64,000 nucleotides of DNA from an uncultured Gammaproteobacteria bacterium. GTDB taxonomy: Bacteria; Patescibacteriota; Patescibacteriia; Magasanikbacterales; UBA922. The stretch covers positions 21,963-85,962 of the forward strand of contig CAZMHV010000001.1 of NCBI GenBank assembly GCA_964566225.1, read 5' to 3'. Of the stretch, positions 29,048-37,766 are shown one piece after another. The translations under genes were made by a program, and so were the position numbers. The notes beneath the pieces were generated by a model, which was not told the origin of the DNA, made no database searches, and saw only the letters and a list, made by a program, of their open reading frames with translations. The stretch's first letter is position 1, and each line of letters opens with the position of its first letter.

Positions 29048-29380
29048 ATGCTTATTGAATCCAATTTTTTCAAAATTCAAGTAATTGTACCTCTGACTCA
29101 TGCAGATGTTGTTCGCAGTGCACTTGGAAGTGCTGGCGCTGGAAGACAAGGAAACTATGATTATTGCACAGGTTCTGTTCGCCAAACAGGGCGTTTTCGT
29201 CCACTGGCGGGGGCAGAGCCATCTATTGGTGAAGTAGGAAAGTTCGAAGAAATTGAAGAAGAAATCATTTCAACATTGTGTCATAAAGATTTGGTAGAAG
29301 TGGTCGTTGCAGAGGTAAAAAAAGTACATCCATACGAAGAACCACCAATTGACATTCTTCCTCGTTTTGAGATACAATAG
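29048..29380 (+). CDS. small CutA/PII-fold-like protein (putative divalent-cation tolerance protein family)
   Basis: C-terminal EVKKVHPYEEPPIDILP resembles the CutA HPYEVPEI motif. Assignment is tentative. Confidence 0.4.
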   Translation: MLIESNFFKIQVIVPLTHADVVRSALGSAGAGRQGNYDYCTGSVRQTGRFRPLAGAEPSIGEVGKFEEIEEEIISTLCHKDLVEVVVAEVKKVHPYEEPPIDILPRFEIQ

Positions 29381-29405
29381 CGCCACTTTGCTGGTCAAAG
29401 TGCGC

Positions 29406-29476
29406 GCCTCTTTGGTTCAGTGGTAGAACGGCGGTATCGTAAACCGCATGCGCCAGTTCGATTCTGGCAAGAGGCT
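29406..29476 (+). tRNA. tRNA-Thr (anticodon CGU)
   Basis: Acceptor GCCTCTT/AAGAGGC, D-arm GTTC-AGTGGTA-GAAC, anticodon loop ATCGTAA, T-arm GCCAG-TTCGATT-CTGGC. Confidence 0.8.
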
Positions 29477-29492
29477 CTGAATATATTTTTTT

Positions 29493-29990
29493 ATGGCAGA
29501 ATCTAAAAATAAAACATCATGGGAAGGTCTTGTTGAAGATCATAAAATTCGCAACTCAGCAGAAGCTATTCTTCCTGATTATGAAGAAGAAACGCCTCTT
29601 GCTGCTTTGGCTTACGAGAGACAGGAACAAAATTCATTTGGTCTCAATGATGATAGTGTCGCATCAGAGTTTGATGTTTTTAAGACTCTTATCACTCAAA
29701 AGAAAGGATTTCCGGAAATAGACATTGAAGGAAATATTTTTCATATTTTGAAACAATCACTTGAAATGGATGAAGGTGGAGAAAGTGGGGTTTTGGTTCT
29801 TGTGTTGGATGCGCAAATAAATGATAGAGAAGAAGTTTATTGGATTTATGAGATAGGAATTCAAAAATATCAAAAAATCTTTCAAAAGAGAAGTATGAGC
29901 CCGGTATTTGAAAATATAGAGCAAGGTCCTGTGGAAAAATCTGGTGAGTATAAGTTTTTATTCAAATTTTCAACTATAAAATTAAATTGA
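29493..29990 (+). CDS. hypothetical acidic protein (165 aa)
   Basis: ORF with native composition only. Confidence 0.4.
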   Translation: MAESKNKTSWEGLVEDHKIRNSAEAILPDYEEETPLAALAYERQEQNSFGLNDDSVASEFDVFKTLITQKKGFPEIDIEGNIFHILKQSLEMDEGGESGVLVLVLDAQINDREEVYWIYEIGIQKYQKIFQKRSMSPVFENIEQGPVEKSGEYKFLFKFSTIKLN

Positions 29991-29998
29991 ACACCTTT

Positions 29999-30035
29999 CG
30001 TCCGACCCCCACAAACAGGGTCGGATTTTTTATTT
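29999..30035 (+). terminator. intrinsic terminator (CCGACCC-CCACAAACA-GGGTCGG + T-run)
   Basis: 7-bp GC stem followed by TTTTTTATTTTTT. Confidence 0.6.
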
Positions 30036-30071
30036 TTTAGCAAAATATGGTATACTATTTCCATTGCATAT

Positions 30072-30752
30072 ATGATCAAACTTTCTGGCGTTACCAAACA
30101 ATACACACGAGACTCCACAGGACTCAAAGATGTCCATCTTTTTATTGATGCAGGTGAGTTTGTGTCTGTGGTAGGTCAGAGTGGCACTGGCAAAACTACA
30201 CTGGTAAAGTTGCTTATTGCTGAGGAACGTCCCACCAAAGGCAAAATTGAAATTGGTGGTTGGGATATTACCAAAATTGGGCAACGAGATATTCCACTTT
30301 TGCGCAGACAAATTGGTGTTATTTTTCAAGACTTCAAATTATTGCCCAAAAAAACCGTAGCTGAAAATGTGGAGTTTGCCATGCAGGTGGCAGGGGAGTC
30401 ACCCTGGCGTATGCGTACCGTAGTCCCTCGTGTACTCGATATCGTGGGCTTAGATCACAAAAAACATCGATACCCCTATCAACTTTCTGGTGGAGAACAG
30501 CAGCGTGTAGCCATTGCTCGTTCTTTGGTACACAGGCCCAAAATTCTTGTTGGAGATGAACCTACTGGAAATTTAGATGCCGTGAATACTCAAGAAATTA
30601 TTGAAATGCTCAAAAAAATTAATGAATTTGGTACTACTATTGTACTCGTTACGCACAACAAAGACGTGGTCAACCAACTTCGTAAACGTGTTATTACGTT
30701 GCACAATGGAGAGATTGTCTCCGACGAAGTTGAGGGAAAATATCGACTATAA
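30072..30752 (+). CDS. ftsE: cell-division ABC ATPase FtsE
   Basis: Walker [13 protein letters not shown] signature [13 protein letters not shown], Walker [13 protein letters not shown]. Immediately upstream of ftsX. Confidence 0.9.
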   Translation: MIKLSGVTKQYTRDSTGLKDVHLFIDAGEFVSVVGQSGTGKTTLVKLLIAEERPTKGKIEIGGWDITKIGQRDIPLLRRQIGVIFQDFKLLPKKTVAENVEFAMQVAGESPWRMRTVVPRVLDIVGLDHKKHRYPYQLSGGEQQRVAIARSLVHRPKILVGDEPTGNLDAVNTQEIIEMLKKINEFGTTIVLVTHNKDVVNQLRKRVITLHNGEIVSDEVEGKYRL

Positions 30753-30761
30753 AATACAACT

Positions 30762-31670
30762 ATGTTTTCTTTTTTCCGTGTTGTAAAATTTGCATTTCAA
30801 GATTTTTTTCGAAACTTTAGTTTGTCATTCATGACTATTGTCATGCTTATACTCATGCTTTTGTCGGTGAATGTGTTTATTGTCGTACGAGTACTTACTG
30901 ACAAAGCAGTGGCTGCTGTCAAAGATCAAATTGATGTCAGTATTTATTTTCGTCCAGACATTTCAGATCAACAAATTGGTGAGGTTCGCAATCATCTCAA
31001 AACCTTTCCAGAAGTGACTACTACTACGTTTCTTTCACAAAAAGAAGTACTTGAAAAATTTAAAGAAACTCACAAGGGCAACAAAGAAATTCTCTCTTCT
31101 CTCGATGAAATTGGTGAAAATCCACTTGGTGCCACACTGATTGTAAAAACTCGTGACCCGAGTGATTACAAAAAAATTATTACTGCTATCAATGTTCCAG
31201 AGTACGAAAAAATTATTGAAGACAAAACTTTTGCCACAACTCAAAACACTATTGAAAACATTCATGTTATTACTACCAATGTACAAAAGTTTGTTCTCTT
31301 TATTGGTATTTTATTTACTTTTATTTCTCTCCTCGTTATTTTCAATACTATTCGTGTGGGCATTTATACCCACAGAATGGAGATTGCCGTCAAAAAGCTC
31401 GTAGGGGCCACCAACTGGTTTATCCAGGGTCCATATTTTGTCCAAAGTTTTATTTTTAGTCTGGTATCGGTCACCCTTACACTGCTTCTTATTTTTGTAT
31501 CCACTCGTTTTATTGACCCATATATTTCTGTAGTTTTCCACCAAAATCAATTCTTGACAAATTACTTTTTTTCGCATATACTAGTGCTGTTTGGAGCGCA
31601 GCTGGGGATAGTATTCTTTCTTACCCTGTGTACCTCTGGACTGGCTATGCGCAAGTATTTGCGTATATAA
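30762..31670 (+). CDS. ftsX: cell-division permease FtsX
   Basis: N-terminal TM, periplasmic domain, three C-terminal TM helices. Paired with ftsE. Confidence 0.8.
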   Translation: MFSFFRVVKFAFQDFFRNFSLSFMTIVMLILMLLSVNVFIVVRVLTDKAVAAVKDQIDVSIYFRPDISDQQIGEVRNHLKTFPEVTTTTFLSQKEVLEKFKETHKGNKEILSSLDEIGENPLGATLIVKTRDPSDYKKIITAINVPEYEKIIEDKTFATTQNTIENIHVITTNVQKFVLFIGILFTFISLLVIFNTIRVGIYTHRMEIAVKKLVGATNWFIQGPYFVQSFIFSLVSVTLTLLLIFVSTRFIDPYISVVFHQNQFLTNYFFSHILVLFGAQLGIVFFLTLCTSGLAMRKYLRI

Positions 31671-31744
31671 AAGGCAATTTTCACGTCATTAGAGAAGGCG
31701 CGAAAGCGCTTTTTTCAAATCTATTGCACCAAGTGTGCATACAT

Positions 31745-31815
31745 TCGGGGATCGTCTAATGGTAGGACAGTAGCCTTTGAAGCTATTTATCTTGGTTCGA
31801 ATCCAAGTCCCCGAG
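31745..31815 (+). tRNA. tRNA-Gln (anticodon UUG)
   Basis: Acceptor TCGGGGA/TCCCCGA, anticodon loop CTTTGAA, T-arm CTTGG-TTCGAAT-CCAAG. Confidence 0.7.
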
Positions 31816-31863
31816 CAACGTATATGAGTAAAAATTTTTTTGTAAGGGTTTGTACTCATAAAA

Positions 31864-31895
31864 AACCAAGCACTAAAAATGCTTGGTTTTTCATT
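31864..31895. terminator. bidirectional intrinsic terminator (ACCAAGCA-CTAAAAA-TGCTTGGT, A/T flanks)
   Basis: 8-bp stem read directly. Confidence 0.55.
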
Positions 31896-31997
31896 GTAAA
31901 CATTTTTGTGAATACTCGGAGTTTACATTACTTCACTCTTGATAATTTCTTTTATTCACTCTAAAATAGTCTCATAAGCATTTTTAAATATATTATT

Positions 31998-33032
31998 ATG
32001 ACGGATCGAAGATTTCACGAATATACCGACAAAATGGCTGATATAGATGATCAATTCGAATCATACGAAGGTAAGCAGATTCCTTTTTTTCAAGAATTTG
32101 AGAAAAATTTGGGTCGACCTCTTGATATACGAGCTTTAAGATGTAATGAAGAATATGTTAGATCCGTACAAAGACGTATTGCGCGCGAGCGTGCACTCGG
32201 ATGGGAAAGTCCACACGAAATAAAAAAAACGCCTGAGATGAAACAGATTTTAGAAAAAGCAATTGAGTGGGTAGTTGAAGAAATGAAGAGTATTGGCTAT
32301 CCTTTACAAATTGAATTATCTGAAGGACGCGTCCATTTTTTGAGACCCAAAGAGTATAATGAACTTGCCGGTCAAGAAAGTTGTGGATATGCTCAAGTTG
32401 CTTCAAATGAAGTATTTATTTCTTTTGATGATATGCATAAATCGAGTGTATATCTTTTTCAAAATGATCTTTTGGATGAAAGAGCAGAAGAGTCTTCTGT
32501 TGAAGAATACATGAAAAAATATATAGATATTTTAGCAACGACCATACATGAGTTTACGCATCTTGGGGGATATCAGAGATTTTATGCCCTAGCTTACGGA
32601 TATTATATGCGTACAGGATATACAACTCCAGGTCAAAATGGAGTAGAAGAAAAATTTTTAAGTTTAAATGAAGCTTTTGTTGAAAAATGGGCAAGAGAAA
32701 TATTGAAAAAAAATATTTCAAAGTTAGGAATAAGTAAATTTACTTCAGAATATATAGAAAGTTTTGATTTTGGATCTTATAATGGGGATGTCATGATATT
32801 AGAACATATTATTCGTGGTATAGCACAAAAACGTGGTGAAAGTGAAGAAAGTATATGGAAAACTTTTAAAGAAGGATATTGTGGTGGTGGCACCAAACAC
32901 TTGGTAGATATAGAAAAACATTTTGGAAAGGGAACATTAAAAAAATATGCGGACCTGAAACCAAGTGATGTCAAAGACAGAACAGATTTTTATTATGATT
33001 TTATAGACAAAATATTTACAGATAAATGGTAG
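31998..33032 (+). CDS. hypothetical protein with HEXXH motif (TIHEFTHLGG), possible zinc metallopeptidase
   Basis: Single HEFTH motif only. No wider family match recognised. Confidence 0.45.
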   Translation: MTDRRFHEYTDKMADIDDQFESYEGKQIPFFQEFEKNLGRPLDIRALRCNEEYVRSVQRRIARERALGWESPHEIKKTPEMKQILEKAIEWVVEEMKSIGYPLQIELSEGRVHFLRPKEYNELAGQESCGYAQVASNEVFISFDDMHKSSVYLFQNDLLDERAEESSVEEYMKKYIDILATTIHEFTHLGGYQRFYALAYGYYMRTGYTTPGQNGVEEKFLSLNEAFVEKWAREILKKNISKLGISKFTSEYIESFDFGSYNGDVMILEHIIRGIAQKRGESEESIWKTFKEGYCGGGTKHLVDIEKHFGKGTLKKYADLKPSDVKDRTDFYYDFIDKIFTDKW

Positions 33033-33236
33033 ATAAAATCAATGTTTGTCTCTCCTTCGTATAGGAAAAGGATTTTGGGCCTATCGTTCACTCCACAAAC
33101 AAACCATGCCTGTGTCGTATGTGCTTTCTTCTATCCAAATTTGAGTGATATTCAAGTTGGATCAAATAATCTTGTCTACGCAAATAAAAATAATCCTCGA
33201 ATTGTGGGGGTTATTTTTATTTGCGTAAAGGGGTCG

Positions 33237-33265
33237 TTGACTTTTGTCCAAAATTCATGTACATT
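33237..33265 (+). promoter_or_regulatory. sigma70-like promoter TTGACT-17nt-TACATT for the HAD gene
   Basis: Read directly. Followed by GGGGGAGG SD 7 nt before ATG. Confidence 0.45.
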
Positions 33266-33303
33266 TTTTTCACCCCACATTCCACAACCGGGGGAGGAGC
33301 ACC

Positions 33304-34017
33304 ATGCCGTTCGAACTCATGAGACAACGAGTTGCAGTCAGTCGGGCTGCGGGCAGAGACCCCGTGGTGGTCCTCGACCTGGACCACACCCTCTTCGACA
33401 ACGGTCCTCGGACCTGTGAGATTCTGCTCGAGTATGCCAACCAGCACAATCGCCCCGATCTGGGTGATGCGGTCATCGGTCTCGGCAACCTGCGCAATCT
33501 GCCGTATCTGTTCAAGGACATCGTGAACTTTGCCTTCAAGGGGCAGATTCCGAGTGATCTGGATCTCGGTGAGATCGGCAAGTTCTGGAAGGAGCGATTC
33601 TTCCAGGACGACTATATCAAGCATGACGTTCCCATCGAGGGGGCAGCCGAGTTCGCTCGGGGTATTCGCCTGGAGGGTGCACATCTGGTGTACCTGACTG
33701 GTCGTGATCGCCCCAACATGATGAAAGGCACTGTCAATAGCTTGTGGCATCACAGTTTTCCGGTGCCGGCGGACGGGGGGGTGACTCTCATCCTCAAGCC
33801 CTCGTTCGACCAGCCCGACGAGGACTTCAAGCGTGATGCCGTGTCCCAAATTCAGGGCATGGGTGAGGTGGTCGGGTTCGTCGACAACGAACCGGCCATG
33901 TGCCAGATCTTCAGGGACGCATTCCCCAAGGCCGTCATCATCTGCTACGGCGACATCTGCTTCAAGCCCATGGAGCTGCCGCCGAGCGTGTACCGGGTGA
34001 AGTCCTTCCCGGTCTGA
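33304..34017 (+). CDS. HAD-superfamily phosphatase/hydrolase, GC-rich
   Basis: Motif I VVLDLDHTLFDN (DxDxT), motif II LTGR, motif IV GFVDNE. High GC3. Confidence 0.6.
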   Translation: MPFELMRQRVAVSRAAGRDPVVVLDLDHTLFDNGPRTCEILLEYANQHNRPDLGDAVIGLGNLRNLPYLFKDIVNFAFKGQIPSDLDLGEIGKFWKERFFQDDYIKHDVPIEGAAEFARGIRLEGAHLVYLTGRDRPNMMKGTVNSLWHHSFPVPADGGVTLILKPSFDQPDEDFKRDAVSQIQGMGEVVGFVDNEPAMCQIFRDAFPKAVIICYGDICFKPMELPPSVYRVKSFPV

Positions 34018-34151
34018 CCGTCACCGCGACGGATTCAACCCCACTGAGGGGACATGGACGGCACAAAAAACCGTTCGCGCAGCTTGCTGTGTTACTTTAA
34101 AAAAAGTGGCAGAGCAGGAGGCAAGCGAACGGTTTTTTTGTTTGAAATTTG

Positions 34152-34180
34152 TTGACTTTTAACATAAATAAAGGTAGTAT
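34152..34180 (+). promoter_or_regulatory. sigma70-like promoter TTGACT-17nt-TAGTAT for the 71-aa ORF
   Basis: Read directly. Confidence 0.4.
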
Positions 34181-34251
34181 TTTTTCAGAAAGGAGTCTCT
34201 AGTACGACTTTTACTCGAGAGTGTCTCACCCAAGAAAAAGGAAGATATCCC

Positions 34252-34467
34252 ATGGGGATTAGTCCGGAAGAACTCAGAAGGTTGAGAGAAGAAATCGGCC
34301 AGGTCGGCAGGGGCGAGCCGGTCGACGGGGTCTATGTGCTCATGCACAACGGTGTGGTGCACAGAGATCACAACGGTCAGTCCGTCGCTCCCGATGATCC
34401 ATTCTGGAACAGCGACGAAGCCGTCCTCGAGCGCCGGCGTGTCGAGCGCGAAAAGGCAGGATCCTGA
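34252..34467 (+). CDS. GC-rich small hypothetical protein (71 aa)
   Basis: AAAGGAAG SD and canonical promoter. No homology recognised. The antisense ORF 34159..34479 is rejected. Confidence 0.35.
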   Translation: MGISPEELRRLREEIGQVGRGEPVDGVYVLMHNGVVHRDHNGQSVAPDDPFWNSDEAVLERRRVEREKAGS

Positions 34468-34638
34468 ATCCACACGCACCGTCCTCTTCAGCCCCGCGAG
34501 TGGCTGGCGTCAAGAGGAATTTTTTCAACTCGCCTAGGGGGCGCCCGGATCATGAAGACGCACATTGATCCGGCACTGACTATTTATTTTATTTGTTAGA
34601 ATAAATTGAGGTGACTTCTTTAAGAGTACATTGAGGTA

Positions 34639-35447
34639 TGTCTGCCACGTTTAACATCGCCATAGTTCAATTCTCAATCGTCCATCTTCAGCCCAAAAAA
34701 AATATTTTTTGAATTGAAGATTTTATCCAAAAGGCAAAAAAACAAGATGTACAAATCATTATTTTTCCAGAAGACTGCATGACCAGTTCTATTTTTGGTG
34801 ATCTTTCTCACTTAGAATGTGAAGATAAATTTTTACACTGGTTTCAAGATCTCGCTCGTAAATACAAGATAGATATTGTCACTGGGTCATGGATGAAAAA
34901 AACTCCAACAGGTGCGGTGAATAGTTCAAGTTATATCAATTCGTCTGGTGAAGTACTTGGAACATATCACAAAAATTATTTATATTTGTCAGAAATAAAA
35001 TTTTTGAATGCAGGGACAGAAGTTTGTGTGTTCGATACTGCTTACGGAAAGGCGGGTATTATTATTTGTTGGGATATTTTGTTTCCAGAAATTTTTGAAC
35101 GGATGAAAAATTTGGGCGTACAAATTGTGTATTGTCCAAGTTATTGGTTTAAAGAAATTGCAGGTGAAGGATTAAAATTTAATCCAAAGTGTGAAGAACA
35201 ACACCTTGATGCACTGTGTGTTGCTCGAGCTGTGGAAAATAATATTGTGTTTGTCTATGCGAATGCGGCCGGAGTTATGACTTTTCCCAATGGAAGTACA
35301 GACACGCTGGTAGGTCACTCTCAAATTGCCTTACCATTCGCTGGAACTGTTGTAAAGTTAAATCATAATCAAGAAGAATTGATAATTCAAAAAGTTGATA
35401 TATCATTCCTTGAAATGGCTGAGAGAGAATATAAATTAACCCTGTGA
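34639..35447 (+). pseudogene. carbon-nitrogen hydrolase (nitrilase superfamily), frameshifted in an A8 homopolymer near 34700
   Basis: Frame 1 from 34639 gives MSATFNIAIVQFSIVHLQPKKNIF* (the typical KIALVQ start). After the A-run the +1 frame continues IEDFIQKAKKQDVQIIIFPEDCMTSS... (catalytic Glu). It joins ORF 34779..35447, which carries GIIICWDILFPE (catalytic Cys). Confidence 0.6.
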
Positions 35448-35568
35448 CCACTTAACTTAAAGCAAAAGAACTTCCTCTCAAAAATAAGAGATGGAAAGTT
35501 GTTTGACAAAATTCAATACTTGCTATATACTTGACAACTCAAGCACTTATCAATGATATATACAGAAT

Positions 35569-35997
35569 ATGCAGCCCATCAGTCCTCACCTCAAGTTTTT
35601 TTTGAACCTGGCCAAAATTCAGGCTGTGCTTACGCGTCGTTTTGATTCTGGTCTTGGAGGACTTGGGTTTACTGACTTTATGATTTTGTTTCATCTCAGT
35701 CATGCCGAAGGTGAAAAGTTGCGCCGTGTGGACTTGGCCGAAAAAATTGGTCTCACTGCTTCGGGGGTAACAAGACTCTTGGCACCCATGGAAAAAGTGG
35801 GACTGGTCAAAAGAGAAGCCCACGAAGGCGATGCGCGTGTGAGTTATGTATTACTTGCATCTGGTGGCAAACGTCGTTTCCAAGAAACACTCGAACGCGC
35901 AGAATTTTTATCCGAAGAATTATTGCCAGCGGTTAAAAATAAAAAAATGAAAGAAGTGTGCGAAGTATTCCACGAACTTGGTGCCACTATTAAATAA
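35569..35997 (+). CDS. MarR-family transcriptional regulator
   Basis: Winged-helix region LAEKIGLTASGVTRLLAPMEKVGLVKRE..DARVSYVLLASGG. Sits 5' of the ABC exporter pair. Confidence 0.7.
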   Translation: MQPISPHLKFFLNLAKIQAVLTRRFDSGLGGLGFTDFMILFHLSHAEGEKLRRVDLAEKIGLTASGVTRLLAPMEKVGLVKREAHEGDARVSYVLLASGGKRRFQETLERAEFLSEELLPAVKNKKMKEVCEVFHELGATIK

Positions 35998-36002
35998 ATA
36001 CT

Positions 36003-37766
36003 ATGAGTACAAATTCTCCTGTTGAAGAAAAAGAAAAAAAATCCAAACGCCCGCAAGGCCCCAATATTTTTGGCATTTTAAAACCCTATCGCAAATGGGT
36101 GTTTTTGCTTATTGGTCTTGCCCTCGCCAGTAATATTACCAACTTGTTTATCCCCAAAACTATTGGAAAGGGAATCGACGCATTTGTACACGGCACGCTC
36201 GACAAAGATGCGCTCATGCTCAAATTTATTTTCATGGCTGTGGCTATTTTGATTTTCACCGCACTGCAAAACATTGTACAAACCTATACTTCCGAACGCG
36301 TGGCTCGTGATTTGCGGGGTCAACTGGCCGCAAAAATTTCTCGCCAAAGTTATTCGAGTATTCAGGAGCTCACTCCAGCGCGCCTCTTGACCAACCTCAC
36401 TTCAGACATGGACGCCATCAAAATGTTTGTGTCCATGGCCATTGTGTCGATTGTTTCATCACTCTGTCTTATTATTGGTGCGAGTATTTTGCTCATTTCT
36501 ATTGATTGGAAACTCGCTCTTGCGGTGCTCACCATCATACCACTCATTGGTGTCAGTTTTTTCTATATTTTTTCCAAAATTGGATCATTGTTCAAAGTTT
36601 CTCAGGGAGTGATTGATAAACTCAACAAAGTCATTAACGAAAGTATTTTGGGTTCTTCACTTATTCGTGTGCTCAACTCACAAACTGACGAATACAATAA
36701 ATTTATTGTCGTCAATGGTGAAGCCAAAGATGTGGGGCTCAAAATTTTGCGTTTGTTTTCGTCCCTCATTCCTGTGGTAATTTTTATTTCCAACATGGCC
36801 CTCCTTATTATTTTGGCGCTTGGTGGAAAGTTTGTGATTAATGGTGACATGACACTCGGCAGCATGAGTGCATTTTTGAGTTATGTAGGACTTTTGATTT
36901 TCCCTATTATTATGCTTGGTTTCATGAGTAATCTCATTGCTCGTTCTTCGGCATCGTATGCACGTATTGCCGAAGTCCTCAGTCGTCCGGAACTCCCACC
37001 GACTGGCACTCTCACCAATACATTGCGTGGTGATGTAGTGGTTGAAAATCTCTCACTTGAACTCAATAAAAAACCGGTGCTCAAAGAAGTTTTTTTTGCT
37101 GTCCCTGCGGGCACCAAAACGGCTATTATTGGTCCCACGGCTGCTGGCAAAACACAACTGCTCTATGTGCTCACTGGACTTTTGCCAGCAAACTCTGGAA
37201 AAATTTTGTTTGATGGACAATCTCTTGAAACCTATAATCCAGAATCATTGCACGAGCAAATTGGATTTGTGTTTCAGGATAGTATTATTTTCAATTTGAG
37301 TGTGCGCGAAAACATTGCGTTTAGTGACACTGTGCAAGATGCAGATTTGCAAAAGGCGATTGAAACTGCAGAACTTCAAGACCTCATTGAATCACTTCCC
37401 GAAAAACTGAACACGGTTATTTCTGAACGTGGTACGACTTTGTCCGGTGGCCAAAAACAACGTATTATGCTCGCTCGTGCACTCGCACTGAACCCAAAAA
37501 TATTATTGCTCGATGATTTTACCGCGCGTGTGGATAGTCTCACCGAAAAGAAAATTCTCGAAAACATTGAAAAAAATTATCCTGGCCTCACACTCATTTC
37601 TGTGACGCAAAAAATTTCTTCCATTGAACACTACAACCAAATTGTGCTGCTTATGGAAGGAGAAGTTTTGGCCAAAGGAACGCATGATGAATTGACTCAT
37701 TCTTCAACAGAATACATGCAAATTTATCAGTCACAAAGAAGTACGAGTCACTACGAAGAAGTATGA
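36003..37766 (+). CDS. ABC exporter, fused permease/ATPase (ABCB type), subunit 1
   Basis: 6-TM N-half. NBD with Walker A GPTAAGKT, LSGGQKQR, Walker B LLLDDFTARVD. Confidence 0.85.
   Translation: MSTNSPVEEKEKKSKRPQGPNIFGILKPYRKWVFLLIGLALASNITNLFIPKTIGKGIDAFVHGTLDKDALMLKFIFMAVAILIFTALQNIVQTYTSERVARDLRGQLAAKISRQSYSSIQELTPARLLTNLTSDMDAIKMFVSMAIVSIVSSLCLIIGASILLISIDWKLALAVLTIIPLIGVSFFYIFSKIGSLFKVSQGVIDKLNKVINESILGSSLIRVLNSQTDEYNKFIVVNGEAKDVGLKILRLFSSLIPVVIFISNMALLIILALGGKFVINGDMTLGSMSAFLSYVGLLIFPIIMLGFMSNLIARSSASYARIAEVLSRPELPPTGTLTNTLRGDVVVENLSLELNKKPVLKEVFFAVPAGTKTAIIGPTAAGKTQLLYVLTGLLPANSGKILFDGQSLETYNPESLHEQIGFVFQDSIIFNLSVRENIAFSDTVQDADLQKAIETAELQDLIESLPEKLNTVISERGTTLSGGQKQRIMLARALALNPKILLLDDFTARVDSLTEKKILENIEKNYPGLTLISVTQKISSIEHYNQIVLLMEGEVLAKGTHDELTHSSTEYMQIYQSQRSTSHYEEV

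Noticed and set aside
33217-33849. 210-aa minus-strand ORF antisense to the HAD gene, and other ORFs at 33270..33581, 33332..33526 and 34159..34479
   Set aside because: They are antisense shadows of GC-rich coding sequence. The plus frame has the HAD motifs, promoter and SD.
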